Source: Heteronotia binoei (lineage: Eukaryota). Taken from it: a DNA stretch of 64,000 nucleotides. The stretch's first letter is position 1. The number at the start of each line of letters is the position of its first letter. The notes beneath the pieces were generated by a model. It searched no databases. It was given only the letters and a program-made list of their open reading frames with translations, and had not been told where the DNA came from. The stretch lies in contig NC_083237.1 in the NCBI RefSeq assembly GCF_032191835.1, forward strand, positions 17,174,001 through 17,238,000, given 5' to 3'. Shown here piece by piece: positions 34,855 through 48,415 of this stretch. Both the position numbers and the translations under genes were made by a program.

Positions 34855-36749
34855 CTCCTAACAATAAACACCCATTCTCCTGACAATAAGCACCAATAAT
34901 AAAAGAATAACCACCCTCTGGAACTGCAGGATAGAAAAAAAGCTCCTTTCTCCCATCTATATCATACATCTCATTGGTTGAGTTTTCCAAGAATTCAAAT
35001 AGGACAGTGACCCCCAAATCACCATTCTCAAATACATTTAATAAATAATAGCAACTCAAAGATAAGAGTCAGGTGAAACATAGAGGTAGCAAAATCTGCA
35101 GAAGAAGCAACTTCAGAGCTAGAAAGTCCCAAGCTGAGTGCAAAATGCTTCCATTTAAACCAAATATTTCTAGACTTTGAAATCCCATCCCATGATGCAG
35201 CCTTGAGCTGTTATCTCCTAACCTGAAGTCGTTGGATTATTCTGAATTGTCACCATACCCAGAGAGTACTCATCTCCCCAAATGGCAGGTTATCTTAAAA
35301 ACTAATTTCAAAACAATTTTTAATGTGCACACTCCTACCCATCAGTAAAGTGCATTGATGATAGTGAGATTAGTGGAATATAATGTAGCCCCCCCTTGCC
35401 CCCACCCCATGTTTATACCAAAATTCAGAGAGAGAGAGAGATGGTTTCCTTAGAATGGGTACCTCATAAATCTCAGGTTCCCCCAACCAATGCTTCATAT
35501 TAACTACAATGATGGAAAATATCTCTGAGTGTGCTCAGATGCTAAATCATCAGTTCTCTAGAAGGATATAGAACGCTTGCATTTTCAGTGGAATGACTTT
35601 AATCTCTTCACAATTTTGTTCAGTGGCTTTGGACAAGTTGATACTCCTCAGCTTCACCCACCAAAAGTGATTGACAGTACAATCCTAGGCAGAGCTACTC
35701 CAATCAATGGATGACTGGTGTGATCCTAGATAATTTCACACTCGTTGGAGAATGCACTTTTAGTGCACTTAAGCAAGTAGATTTTTGTTTGTTTGTTTGT
35801 TTGTTTCACACAGGAAAATTCAGCTGCAATAGACTGCTAAAGCAATCTTTCTCCAAAAACTAGTACTTTCAGGAATCCTTGGTTCTTGCAATTAATTCAG
35901 AACATTTTAGAGGGGGGATGAATGAAACTGTTCAAGATACTTATCTTAGCACAAATTGGAAGGTAACAGTGAGTATTTATCAGTTGTGCTAAGGACAATA
36001 TCCAGGAAGTAAGTGAAATGGGGCCACCCAAAACTGAGGTAAGTAAATTATGAGAAAACTGAGGATATATTTCTCTATTTTTCACCCCACCAACTGTTTT
36101 CAGCCTGGCCATCTACATCTTGTAGATGTCCACACCACAGCGGTTCAATTGGTCTATAGAAGAATCACTGAACTTAAAAGCTGAGCATCAAGTCCATTGG
36201 AAGATCCTGTATCATCTCTGCTTTATTTATATTATTTATTTATGTTTTAACATTTAATTGAAACATTTTCTGACACTTTCCCACCCAGTTAGGACCTTCA
36301 AGATGGCAAATGCGAGAACATAAAAACATTTCCACATTAAAACGTCATTAAAATAAGATATAAAATAATTCAATAAAACATACACACTCATAACCATGAA
36401 GGTGTTCACTGGAGATCAGTTATGGTAAAGATTTTGTAAAATGGAACTATATTTTATTTATTACAACAAGGAATATTCATATCCAATGGATATTTATACC
36501 ATGTGTTTCACCTAGGGGAGGGACCCAAAGCAGCTTAAAACAATACCATCCTCCCCTCTTCCTCTCTACCCACCCAAAGCTGATTCCCAACATATTCGCC
36601 AGTCCTTGGGCAGACCCATTTTGGCTCAAACTGTGGACAGGTGGCAGAAAAGAACAAGAGCCCAGGAGCACCTTAAAGACTAACAACGTTTGTGGCAGAT
36701 GAGCTTTCACGAGTCACTGCTCACTTCCTCGGAAGGGTGGATTCACTAT

Positions 36750-36880
36750 AGCTGCAATCACGCACACTAAATAATGCGCTTTCAATCCACTTTCCAACTG
36801 GATTTTACTGGCGAAATCTGCTTGGAAAGTGCAATGAAAGTTAATTGAAAGTGCATTATTTAGTGTGCGTGATCACAGCC
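36750..36880. mobile_element. Palindromic MITE flanked by TA
   Basis: gctgcaatcacgcacactaaataatgc...gcattatttagtgtgcgtgatcacagc. Confidence 0.65.
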
Positions 36881-39800
36881 TATATGTTGGTTTTCCTTGT
36901 CCGCTAAAAGGAGCTGTCCATCAGCAACATTCCACTATGCTCAAAATGTTGCATGTTAAAAGGTAAATTAGTTGGATAGGAAATCTTCTGAGATATAAAT
37001 ACCTCCCTTTTGACCCAGGCTTAATACAATATAGTCATTAACAGACATTCTCACAATTTGACATATCACTGTTTTATTGCTTTTGCATGCTCATGCTACT
37101 CAGATCAAAGGTTTGCTCAATTTGTTAATTTTACTACTCTGTCATTGAATCTTAAATTTGTACCAGTTTGCATTCTGAGCCACTGACTACCAGCTATGTG
37201 TGGCTTTGCTCGCTGTACCGGATTTCCTCATCTGATGAAGTGTGCTTAGAGAGCAGACGAAAGCTTACGTTCTGAAAAAAACTAAGTTGGTCTTAAAGGT
37301 GTCACTTGACTCCTGCTTTGTTTTACTATATCAGACCAACACGGCTGACTACTTGGATCATTCCACTAGGCTGTAAGCCAGTGGCCACAAAGTTGTTGAT
37401 GCTCCTTTCAAAAACCCGAACTGCTGCTTAAAGAAATAGCTTTTATTTAAAGGTAGGATAAACAATGGGATTGGAAGCGTTGGACAGTGTTAGCTATAAA
37501 TAATATTGAGCGGTCCTGAAGTCAAGGGGAAGGAAGGGGTAATCCCTGCCCTCCAATTTACACTCCAGGAGTGTCTGGGTGCTTGGCAATGGCTCTCTTC
37601 TTTTACAAGCTCTGAGAAGCAACTTTTCCTTATAGCTGTCAGAGATAGCAGACTGCGTGGAGGGGAAATAGGAGCTTCAAACAGCCTTGCGCAAAAAAAG
37701 TTAGTCAGGAGGACAGGGGAGCAGAGGGCAGTTCCCTTCATCTGCACTTTCCATGGTGTCTTAAAACAAGCCCACTTCACATTCAGGAGGGGCTGTGTCT
37801 GGGTGGCAGAGCATCTTCTTGACATGCCCAAAGTCCTCAGCATCTTCTTTTAAAAGAAATTCAAAGGAAATTATTCATTTAGCAACTCAACTCCATTTAA
37901 TCATGATATTAAAGATGTCTTTTTCAGTCAAGCAAGTTCTGAATTTAAATCCAAGTGTGTAACTGACTGACTGACTCTGCATATTCTGAATTAAAAGTAA
38001 TGGCAGGAACATCCAGTTTCCTCACAGACAGCCCAGCCTTCCTTTCCCTTTCAAACCCTCAAACCCCAAGTTGTGTTATTTTCCCTCACGGAGGAGAAAA
38101 CGTGGGTTCCAGAAAACATATTCTGCTTTTTCAAACTCTATTCTTTGTGTCCATCCATGGACAGACTAGCGTATATCTCAAAAGGTGTGAAAAAGCCCCG
38201 TGGATTCACCTCCCATTGCATGAGTTTACCTCCCAACTCCTTTGCAGTGACTCTGATAGAGGCAAATCAACTTACACCATCAACATTTTTCTCCAAAAAA
38301 AACCAACAAATATGCATATATGTCTGAAAGCAATCAGATGGTTCTGCATCATCTATTTTTATGAATAATGTTTACAGAACTTATAATAAAGTGAACACCT
38401 CAGAAAGGCTAAACACAACAAGCTGATATCTCACTGCAGCACTTGAGCTTCCGCATCTTACCTCAGTGCTTGTCTCTGATGAACTTCAATAACCACAACG
38501 GGCTCTCTCCTGCCAGTGGACTCTGTCCCAGTAGCTTTCTAATACAGCATGTGGAAACCCTAAACAGAAGTTTCTTCGTCTATCAGTGCCTTCGGGGTGT
38601 GTGTGTGTGTGTGTGTGAAAAGATGATCAAGATTGTTTCAGGTGAAAGCCTCCTGGTTTAATATTGTCAGACTACTGGTTCATATATGGCCGTACAAACA
38701 CTAGAGGGAAATTCAGTGTGAGTAGAGTAACACTTATAAGCCAAATTATACCCCAAAAAAGGAGACCATCAAATGTTATATAGTTTTCTGTTAGTCAATC
38801 TCCAACATGACTTTTACAATACAATAATATTCATCACATCTCATTGAGAAACATTCAGTGTCTTCGTACACACTTAAGCAAAATCCGTGCTGGAGGAATA
38901 TGCACTAGGCAAATAGTTTCCTCCGATCAATGCAACAAACAAAATAGCCCTAAAAATACGAACATTCCTTATAATACTTTTAAAGCGACTTGCTCAGCAG
39001 CAATGTCCATTCAATGACTTTCCTTATTCTGAGCTGGAGAAGAAGATTGCTTCTAAATAGCCTGCATTCATTAGGCAAGTATGCCTGGATGAAAAAAAAG
39101 GAACACTTCCACAGACTGATCAGCAGGAATGCTCCCACAGACTGTTGTATCCTTTTGTTTTGTAAATGAATACATGACATGTGGCAAAGGTTCATGTAGA
39201 TCAGCGTTACATACTTTGAGCAGAGGCATCTCTCCAGGATGGTGGGCTAAGAAACATATTTTTTTAACCACTGACATCTGCACCTCTGGTAAGTGGAGAT
39301 GCCCAGCACTGAAGCTGGAATCATCTGCATGCAAAGCAAGTGGTCCAGAAGTGACTCACAGCCTCTCCACCAAGAAGGAAAACCAAACACGATTTCTCTC
39401 ATACAATCACAGATAGAGGCTTTCTCCATGTTCCCTTGTAAAGGATGCAGATGGACATCTCAGGAGACTAATACTGTGGTTTGTTCCTCCAGTAGGAGAA
39501 CACCAAGCTCATAGAATTTCCTATCTGTAAAACATCGAGCATGACGTTTGGATGGGTCAGTTTGGATCTGTTACTTTCTTGCTGATGACTCTGGGCCATC
39601 ACAACTTAAAACTAGATAGGTATTCATCAGTTTTCTTATGTAAGACAATAAGGGAAGAAGGAAAAAAACACATTGCACACTCAGTGACTTTCAAAAATAG
39701 ACATATCAATATAAGAATTGGTCCATCAAGTCCAGTGTTGTCTGTTACCAATGGATGGGTTCTCCAAGGTCTCTAGGTAGAGTTGTATCCCTGCCTTCCT

Positions 39801-41979
39801 ACCAGATATCTTTCCAGGACAGATGCCAGGAAGTCAGCAATGGAGACATATCCATGCAAACTGTTTTCCTTACCAGTGATTGACCCAATCTCCTATACTG
39901 GGGAAATCTGCAGAATCACAGAAAGTCTAATCTATCATTGGAAAGACTGCCTGTAGCAGAATACACATACCTTAACTCCAAATGGCTTCTTTCTCCGGTA
40001 CCAGCATGGGTATCTAGGATTCCCAAGCTGAAAAATGATGGGAAATTTCTGAAGGTTCTCCAGAACAAATTACAGTTGCTGGATACACAGAAACACTGCC
40101 AAAATATATGGATCCTGTACATTCCAGCCCCAAAAAGGAATAGTCCCTGTAACTGACAGCAGCTTCCCAGGGCCTCAAATACACATCCTCCTCTGTCTTG
40201 AAAATCTCAGGGACATCTGATTTGCATGCAAAATATGGATTCTGAATTCCCACTCCTAAACCATCTCACAAAGTTCCTCTCATCTCTGAGGGTGACCCCA
40301 CCCTGGTTTCTTCAACTTCCTAATTTCTCTCAGCACTAGAAAACTGGCAGTATGTTGGTGGGGGGGAGGGTGTTCTCCCTCTGATCTCATACATTTGAAG
40401 TGATAGCAAAGGCTATGCACTATCTCCATGGAAAAGGTGGCAGTCCCTTTTGTGCTTTCTTCTAGATCACTAGAATTTTTCCTTACAGTTTGGGTCTGAA
40501 GGACAGCTAAGGTAGCAGAGCAAGTTAATGAATGTGACATGGGCATTGTTCCTCCACAATGTGTAGAAGACTGGATTGAGGATGGAGTGGCCAAGATACA
40601 AAGACAGCCAAATGACTCTTATGATTTCTCTGTCTTATATGTTAATGGTACCATTTCATTCATCTACAGAAACACCAGTTTCCCTGTTACTGGAGTGATA
40701 AATCCCAGTTCTACTTTCATATTCAAGATAAGAGAACTGACTTGAGGAATTTCACTCCAACATTTATTTCTCCTCTGTCATAATCCATACAAATAGTAGT
40801 CCTTATCCCTCCATGTGAGCAATAAGGGTTGCCAACCTACAGGTGTGACCTGGAGATCTTCCAGAATTATAACTGATCACCAGACAATAGAGATCAGTTT
40901 CCCTGGAAGGTGGAAACCCACAGCTGGTGACCCTTGTGAGAATACACACACATATAAACATTAAATGTATATTGGTAGTGCTGGATGGTAGGCTAGGGCT
41001 GTTTCTACACTTGACAGAAGATCCTCTCTCAGTACACATTTAAAATGTTCATCTGCATTGCATACTGCCATCACTTCTGTCTTGCTTCACATTATCTTAA
41101 GTCGTCTACATTCATTTTCTTGATTTGGCATCAAAAGCGGTTTCACTCCAGAGTTACTCCTCACTTTACAAGAGTATTTTTGAACAGGCGTTTTCTACAG
41201 GCGGATTCAATGCTCATAAAATCAGAATGAACTCTAAGTGTAGAAACAGCCTAAGTTGAGAAACGATGACTTGCTCAAAATCCATGAGCGAATATGAAGC
41301 TTGCAAAAGGATTTAGCTCCATACCTCCCAAGTCCCAAGATTTCTCTACCGACTCCAGAATATGTGTGGCAATCCAGGTATATGTTTATTTTATCTCATG
41401 TCTGAATTCTGACCCATCTAGCAAAGACTATACACTATCTCTGTGGAAAAGGTGCCAGTCCCTTTAGTGCTTTCTTCTAGATCGCTGGAACTTTTTCTTA
41501 CATCTTGAGTCTGATGGACATAATGCTACAGACATAAAGCTACAGCTTCGACCCATCTAGTTCAAAACTGTCAGTTCTAAACTGGTAGTGGAATTTCAGG
41601 ATCTCAACCAGAAGAGGGTCTTTCCCATCACCGCTACCAAAGATTCCTTAACTAGTGATATCGTGGCTTGAACCTTCTGCATGCTACTTCTCCATAAATG
41701 CTGGCTCTGTTGACTTGGACAGTAGAGACCACATTATCTTTCCTTACTGCCTTCTCCATTTTTTGCATCTTTTATCCAGCCTGATTAAGAGCCCTAAAAG
41801 AGCTATCATCCACAGCAATTATGACATTTTGGTTGAGAGAAGAAAATAAATATTTATACCACTCCCAGTTCCTTAAATCTAGAATATGACAAAAATGTAA
41901 TATTGAAATAGTCTATGATGTTGTTTAGGCTGTTAGAGTGTGTAATTGTCAACATCTAAGGTGACCAGAAATTTAATAA

Positions 41980-42282
41980 AGGTAAAAGGTAAAGGTAGTC
42001 CCCTGTGCAAACACCGGTCATTTCTGACTCTGAGGTGACATTGCATCATGACGTTTTCACAGCAGACTTTTTAAACGGGGTGGTTTCCCATTGCCTTCTC
42101 TAGTCATCTACACTTTACCCCCAGCAAGCTGAGGACTCATTTTACCATCCTTGGGAGGAAGGAAGCCTGAGTCAACCTTGAGCCGGCTCCCTGAACCCAG
42201 ATTCTGCAAGGATCAAACTCAGGTTGTGAGCAGAGCTTGGACTGCAATACTGTAGCTTACCACTCTGCATCATGGGGCTCTT
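41980..42282 (-). mobile_element. Sauria SINE
   Basis: (AAAGGT)n tail on the plus strand; homologous to 2684-2957. Confidence 0.85.
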
Positions 42283-42390
42283 AGAAATTTAATAGTCAGT
42301 GTAAAAACCCAGTATTAAAGAATGTTATTTACACAATTCATCCTTGGCAAATGGTGACCCTTCAGATTAATGACAACAATCATCATATCT

Positions 42391-43326
42391 TCACAAACCC
42401 CGTCTTTGTAGCACCTTGGCCACTGCCTCACGGACATCCTTGTTCCGCAGAGTGTAAATGAGAGGATTCAGAAGTGGAGTGACCACGAGGTAAAACATAG
42501 CAATCTGCTTGTCATAATCAGCAGATTTTCCTGCTTGGGGTATAATGTAGTTAAGGGTGGTTGTGCCATAGAACATGATAACTGCCAATAAATGGGACCC
42601 ACATGTAGAGAAGGCCTTGCGAAGTCCACTGACTGACCGTATTTGCAACACAGAGATCAGAATGAGGCCATAGGAGGTCAAGATAACTGAAAAGGGTCCC
42701 ACAATGACAACTGCTGCAAACATAACAATGACAGATTCTGTAATGTAGGTGTCATCACACGCAAGCTTCAAAACTACTGGTATCTCACAGACAAAGTGGT
42801 TGATGCAGCAGGAGCCACAGAAAGGATGCTGAAAGGTGATGCCCACACATATTGCAGCAATTATAAAGCAAGCTAGCCAACAAGCTGAGGCAAGCTGGAA
42901 CTGGCGCCATTTTCTCATGGCTGTGGTGTATACTAAGGGATGGCAGATGGCTAAGTATCGATCGTAAGCCATGACTCCTAGCAGAATGGCTTCAACAGAA
43001 CCCAGAGACAAAGACATGTACATCTGTAAGGCACAGTGTATTAAGGACAATTCTGCACGGCCAATTAGAAGGTGGGTCAGCATTTGGGGTACATTGGTGG
43101 TGACAAAAGAGATCTCCACGCCTGAAAGATGTGAGAGGAAAAAATACATGGGGGTGTGGAGGTGGGAGTCCAATCGTACTAGCACTATGACCCCTAGATT
43201 CCCAACAAGGATAAATATGTACATGAGAAGAATGATCACAAAGAGGAGAATCTGTGTGTTGCGGTCATTGGAGAGTCCCACCAAGATGAATTCTGTTGCT
43301 GTAGGGGTGAGGTTTTTCGCCCCCAT
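42391..43326 (-). CDS. Olfactory receptor (OR-5), intact, 311 aa; about 90% aa identical to OR-3
   Basis: LHTPMYFFL, MAYDRYLAIC, KAFSTCGSHL, PLLNPLIYTLRN. Confidence 0.95.
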   Translation of the reverse strand: MGAKNLTPTATEFILVGLSNDRNTQILLFVIILLMYIFILVGNLGVIVLVRLDSHLHTPMYFFLSHLSGVEISFVTTNVPQMLTHLLIGRAELSLIHCALQMYMSLSLGSVEAILLGVMAYDRYLAICHPLVYTTAMRKWRQFQLASACWLACFIIAAICVGITFQHPFCGSCCINHFVCEIPVVLKLACDDTYITESVIVMFAAVVIVGPFSVILTSYGLILISVLQIRSVSGLRKAFSTCGSHLLAVIMFYGTTTLNYIIPQAGKSADYDKQIAMFYLVVTPLLNPLIYTLRNKDVREAVAKVLQRRGL

Positions 43327-44429
43327 TCAAAGCTTCTTCCTGCAGAGTAAGAGAAACATTCAGACTGAGACTGTGGAGAAATATCTTTTCTGTTCAGGGT
43401 TTGAGACTGAAAAAAAAATCCATTCTGTTTTTAAAGATTGTTCTTTCTCTCAGCAGAAAACAGATCTCCAAGTATCATCCAGGTACCAGCGTTCAAAACT
43501 TTGAAAATGCCAGTGGCCATCCTGGCTGAAAACTATGAAATGGCCAGCTAACACCTTGGTGGGATTCTGACACCTAGAAGGGGCATAGAGACTTGGGGGC
43601 ATGAAGGGCTAGATAAAATCTTCCTGCAGATTTCATGAGAGGATTCTTTGACCATTGAGGTGTGGGAATGCAGAGAAGATAATATCACCTGGTATGGATA
43701 GTGGGTGGTCTCTTTTTGCAGTTCCACTTTGGCTTACTTGAGGAGGAAAGGGCTCTCATCTTGTGGCTTCCATTGTCTTGCAGAACATACAAAGAGCCAC
43801 CTACCCAGACAAAGAATCCAAAATAGTGGGAAACTTTCTGAACACCACAACTAAAGAGCCAGACTTAGAATAAGATCAACTAGGGCATGCCTATAGTAAG
43901 GGAAGAGGGGCACATATTTACACCATTCTTTTGCATTCCTTGCTCAATCCATTACTATGCAGAGTGAATGTATGTGAATGTTTTACTATTTAATATATGC
44001 TTTAGTATTTTATATGCTGGTACTTCTTCTCTGTAACCCATAGAGCACTTCTGTGGGAAAACTCCATTTAAAATAGTAATCAAGGAAAAGAGGCAATCAG
44101 GTGCCAAACTGCTATTTCTCTAGGAGTTTAAAAATGTAGTAATCTTGTCCCCATGATAACCCATTGCTTGGGTAGTATCAGATGCAGGGTCTAGATAGAG
44201 CCTTAGAATGAGCAATACAGGAAGGGAAGTTGGAAGTATTGATCCTCTCATTGGTTAATTCCCCAAATGACCAGTTTGTGGCAGCATACTGATGGAGAAA
44301 AGCTTTTCAAAGGCATAGACCTGGGAAAGGTGCTGGGTGCCCAGATGCCTAGGAGGGCAGAAGAAAAAGAAGAAGATTATGGTGGTCTTCTTCATCATCA
44401 AAGACGCAGAGTGAATTGCAATCTTTATC

Positions 44430-44632
44430 TTCTTTCCCCACAATAGGGGGGGAGGTACCTCCTGTGTGGTAGGTAGGGCTGAGAGAGCTCTCACAGAAGC
44501 TTCCATTTCAAGGACAACTCCTGCAAGACCTATGGCCAACCCAAAGCCATACCAGCAGCAACAAGTGGAGGAGTAGGGAATCAAACCCGGTTCTCCCAGA
44601 TAAGAGTCTGCACACTTAACTACTACACCAAA
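44430..44632 (-). mobile_element. Squam3-type SINE (partial)
   Basis: Homologous to 7149-7421. Confidence 0.7.
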
Positions 44633-46620
44633 AAGAGTGGCACTCATGGGTTAGCAGTGGCCATTCCACTGCAGAGACATATACTGTATCTGAAGAAGTG
44701 AGCAATGACTCACAAAAGCTCATACCCTACCACAAAGGTGCTACTAACATGGCTACCCATCTTGTTCTATCCATGCATGTGGGGATGTGTAGATGAGGGG
44801 AACCTGCGCTCCTAACAAAATATTTTTGCGCATTTCCCCCTCAGCCTAGTCTGCCAAGTAGGAATCAGGATTACCTCAAGAAAGGAGCAGAATTTATCCT
44901 CTCTCCTTGATATGGGGGGAGTAGGGTGAGTCCCTTGAGTACATCTCTGGGACTTGTACATGTTGAGTTAAGCAGGAGAAGTGACAACAAGATATGTAAT
45001 CAAGTTAGTGAACTAATTCTATTTATGATTTTTTTTAAAAATACCTCAAAAGAAGGCATTAGAAGTCCACAAGATTTGAACCTAAATAGAAGTTCCACTG
45101 TGTATGTACATCCCAGATTAAATAACAAGGTGGAAAGGGTCTAGTTTGATCAGAGACAAGATGGCCTTTCTCCCCGTCAATGAGGAAAGAATGAAGGGCC
45201 ACACTAATAGGAGCAAAGAGATGAAGAAAAAATGGTGCCATGGGAAAAGAATGTAATTTGGTTTAGTGGGAGCACTGCTGGGTTTACATTCTACAGAACC
45301 TCCTGAAGAAGCTGGGCACAAAACATGTAAGGGTGTTGATATTTGGAATCAAGAATTATTTTTCCTTCCACCATTTTTTCTTTGCCTTTCCCCCCTCACA
45401 AAGATTTCACATCCCAACCTACATTTTTCTTTACAAGGGTCCAGAGATTATTTTCCTCCCTCTTAAACTGTGAGTCTATCCACGAAAAGGCTAGTGTGTA
45501 TGCAAACACAGATTACAAAGCAAGAGGTTTCACATGGTTATCCCTTCCATCGGATAAACCCACTTCCCATCCCTACTTCAGTGCTTCTGACAGAGATACA
45601 TAGTAGTGAAAACATTGCTAAAATCATCTCCAGGCTTCCTTTAAACCAGGGATGGCCGAACTTGCTTAACATAAGAGCTACATGGAATAAACATCAGATG
45701 TTTGAGAGCCTCAANNNNNNNNNNNNNNNNNNNNNNNNNNNNNNNNNNNNNNNNNNNNNNNNNNNNNNNNNNNNNNNNNNNNNNNNNNNNNNNNNNNNNN
45801 NNNNNNNNNNNNNNNNNNNNNNNNNNNNNNNNNNNNNNNNNNNNNNNNNNNAGGGTGGAGAGAAAACTTTAAATGCATTCTCCAAGCCACCACTTGAGAA
45901 AGCAAAAGCCACAAGCTAAAGTCTCTTCTCCCCTACTCCCACCCCAGCATTTTATTTCATAGAATCCTAGTGTTGGAAGGGACCTCCAGGGTCATCTAGT
46001 CCAACCCCCTACACAATGCAGGAAACTCACAAATATCTCCCCCTAAATTCACAGGATCTTCATTGCTGTCAGATGGCCATCCAGCCTCTGTTAGAAAACT
46101 TCCAAGGTAGGAGTGCCCACCACCTCCTGAGGAAGACTGTTCCACTGAGGAACCGCTTTAACCGTCAGGAAGTTCTTCTTAATTTGCCACTTGTACTTTT
46201 GGGTTTCTCTTTGAGGACAGTCTGACATCAATACAGAATGAAACTTTGAAACTTTCCCAGAATGAGGCCATGGTTCCACCAAGCCTAGTATTCTTTGCAG
46301 TTCCTCAAGCTCTCCAGTCAAAAGTCTACCTGGATCTTTCTTTGAAAATTCCAATCACCACATCTTCTCTATCATAGGGGTCCCAATTACCAGGGAGATC
46401 TTCACAACTCACCATGTGGTAGCTACAGATGGCCTGTTTTGAAGAACCTGCTTGTATCAGACCTTAACTCCTAAGGCTTATTTCTCCAGTATAAGAGCAA
46501 AAAAAAAAAAAAAAAAGTCTAGAATTCTCCAGTGATGAAATAAAAATTACATTTTTCAGCATATATGCACAGCTAAAATATAGACCACTGCTAGCTGGAA
46601 GCATGCTGCTTAATTTGCTA

Positions 46621-46658
<38 letters not shown>

Positions 46659-47402
46659 GAAGATAGAATTGGAAAGAAGTTGTTCCTGATGCCCATCTTT
46701 CTCAGGATGGTCCTGATGTCTAAGATTTGGAAAGATGCTACTTTATATTAAATTAAGAGGGATGAATCCTCTATCCAGCACCCTCTATTTTGACAGGTAT
46801 CAGATATCTAAGCCATCCATTAGGTGGCTTACCTTGCCATGGGAGTGCCAGAGGCCTTTGCAGTGCACATAGAAAATGTGTTCTAAATTCTAGTTCCTCT
46901 GAGTCCACTCTGTGAAGGGCTCCTCCAGCCCATATCTAAAGCCTTCTAAGCTTAAGGCGCCCTGACCTGGATGGCTGGGGTTAGCCCGATCTTGTCAAAT
47001 CTTGAAGCTGAAGGTGGCGACACCGTTCTGTTCACCTGTTCTTAGCAACTGTTTTGCTCACCTGTTCTTAGCATCAGAAATCACAAAGGTCTGAACATTC
47101 TAGGAGATGATAAAGACTGTGGTTTTGCTCCACAGGGACTGCGGTGATCCCTCAGGCACTTTCCTCTCTTGTTAATTTGTTGTTTGCTCCATCAGCCTGT
47201 TGGGTCTGAGGCACATGAACGTGTGTGGGCCTTTCCCATATTTCTGCAGCTGTTCTTCTCTTCCTGGGCCAGGCTGAATCTCCAGCCAACTTGAGAATGC
47301 TACATACTCTGAGCATGGTCCAAGCTATTACCTACAGGTAGAGAAGGGCAGTAACTGCCACATACCTGCTGGTAAATGTACAGACACCTGATTTCTTTAT
47401 AG

Positions 47403-47538
47403 CAGGGGTGGCCAACGGTAGCCCTCCAGATATTTTTTGCCTACAACTCCCATCAGTCCCAGCCATTGGCCATGCTGGCTGGGGCTGATGGGAGTTGTAG
47501 GCAAAAAACATCTGGAGAGCTACCATTGACCACCTCTG
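47403..47538. mobile_element. Palindromic hAT MITE
   Basis: caggggtggccaac...ttgaccacctctg TIRs; 8-bp TSD CTTTATAG/CTTTGTAG. Confidence 0.85.
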
Positions 47539-47983
47539 CTTTGTAGTATTGTCAAAATAACAGTAATAACACCACAGATTACATAAATAGATTTGTACCA
47601 TGGGTCACTAAGTGTGCAGTAGCAAACTTTTGGCCATGCAAAGAGCTGGAGTTTACCTTAGTACTCATTTTATATAGGCATCAGTCAACTTCTGTGTTAT
47701 AATAGAGGGCCTAACCTAAACAGGATCTGTTGTTTGCCATAACCACAGTTCAAGACACCCAGTTGATTGCTAGGGCTACTCCTAGCCAATCAAAGTCTGA
47801 CATCCAAGGTTTTCAGTGCCCTCATTTTCTCCCACCTGCAGCCGCTGCTGAAGTGAATGGACCCATGCCTTCCCTTTTGAGAGCTGTGAGGCCTGAGCTC
47901 AATCTATTTGAGGTTTCCCCTAGATTTCTCTTTGAAGCTTTCTGTTGTACCTCTTTGCTCCGTTTTGTAACTTCAGCCCTTAT

Positions 47984-48415
47984 TGTCAGAACTTGTAACT
48001 TTCCTATGTGCCTTAGCTGAACCGACTCCATGCTGTAACCTGATACTAACACACTGTACCCGCTTTTAGGCCACTAACACAAATTCCTTAGCATTTCAAA
48101 CAAACTGTGATCAGTGAAGGGTGGCAGATAACCCCTAATCAACATATGCAGGTGTCCTTTGAAGCCAGGCCTGGCCAGGCCTTCCCAGCAGGGATCCATC
48201 CTCCCTACTGATAACAGACTCTGGGAAAGCGGACAGTTGTCTTCAGCCGTGTGAAAGATCGTTTTATTATGTTTGCCACAACCGCATAAAATGTAACAAA
48301 TGCTAGTCCTTGGCATTAGTGTTATCCTGTACCTTCAGCTCTGTAGTTCTCAATAAACGCCTATACTTTTGAAACAAAGTCTTGGGCCTCGTTTGGAGTT
48401 CTTCCAGTTCTGACA
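47984..48415 (+). mobile_element. Solo LTR, 432 bp
   Basis: Perfect 9-bp terminal inverted repeat TGTCAGAAC/GTTCTGACA, exact 5-bp TSD CTTAT (47979-47983, 48416-48420), and AATAAA near 48352. Confidence 0.9.
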
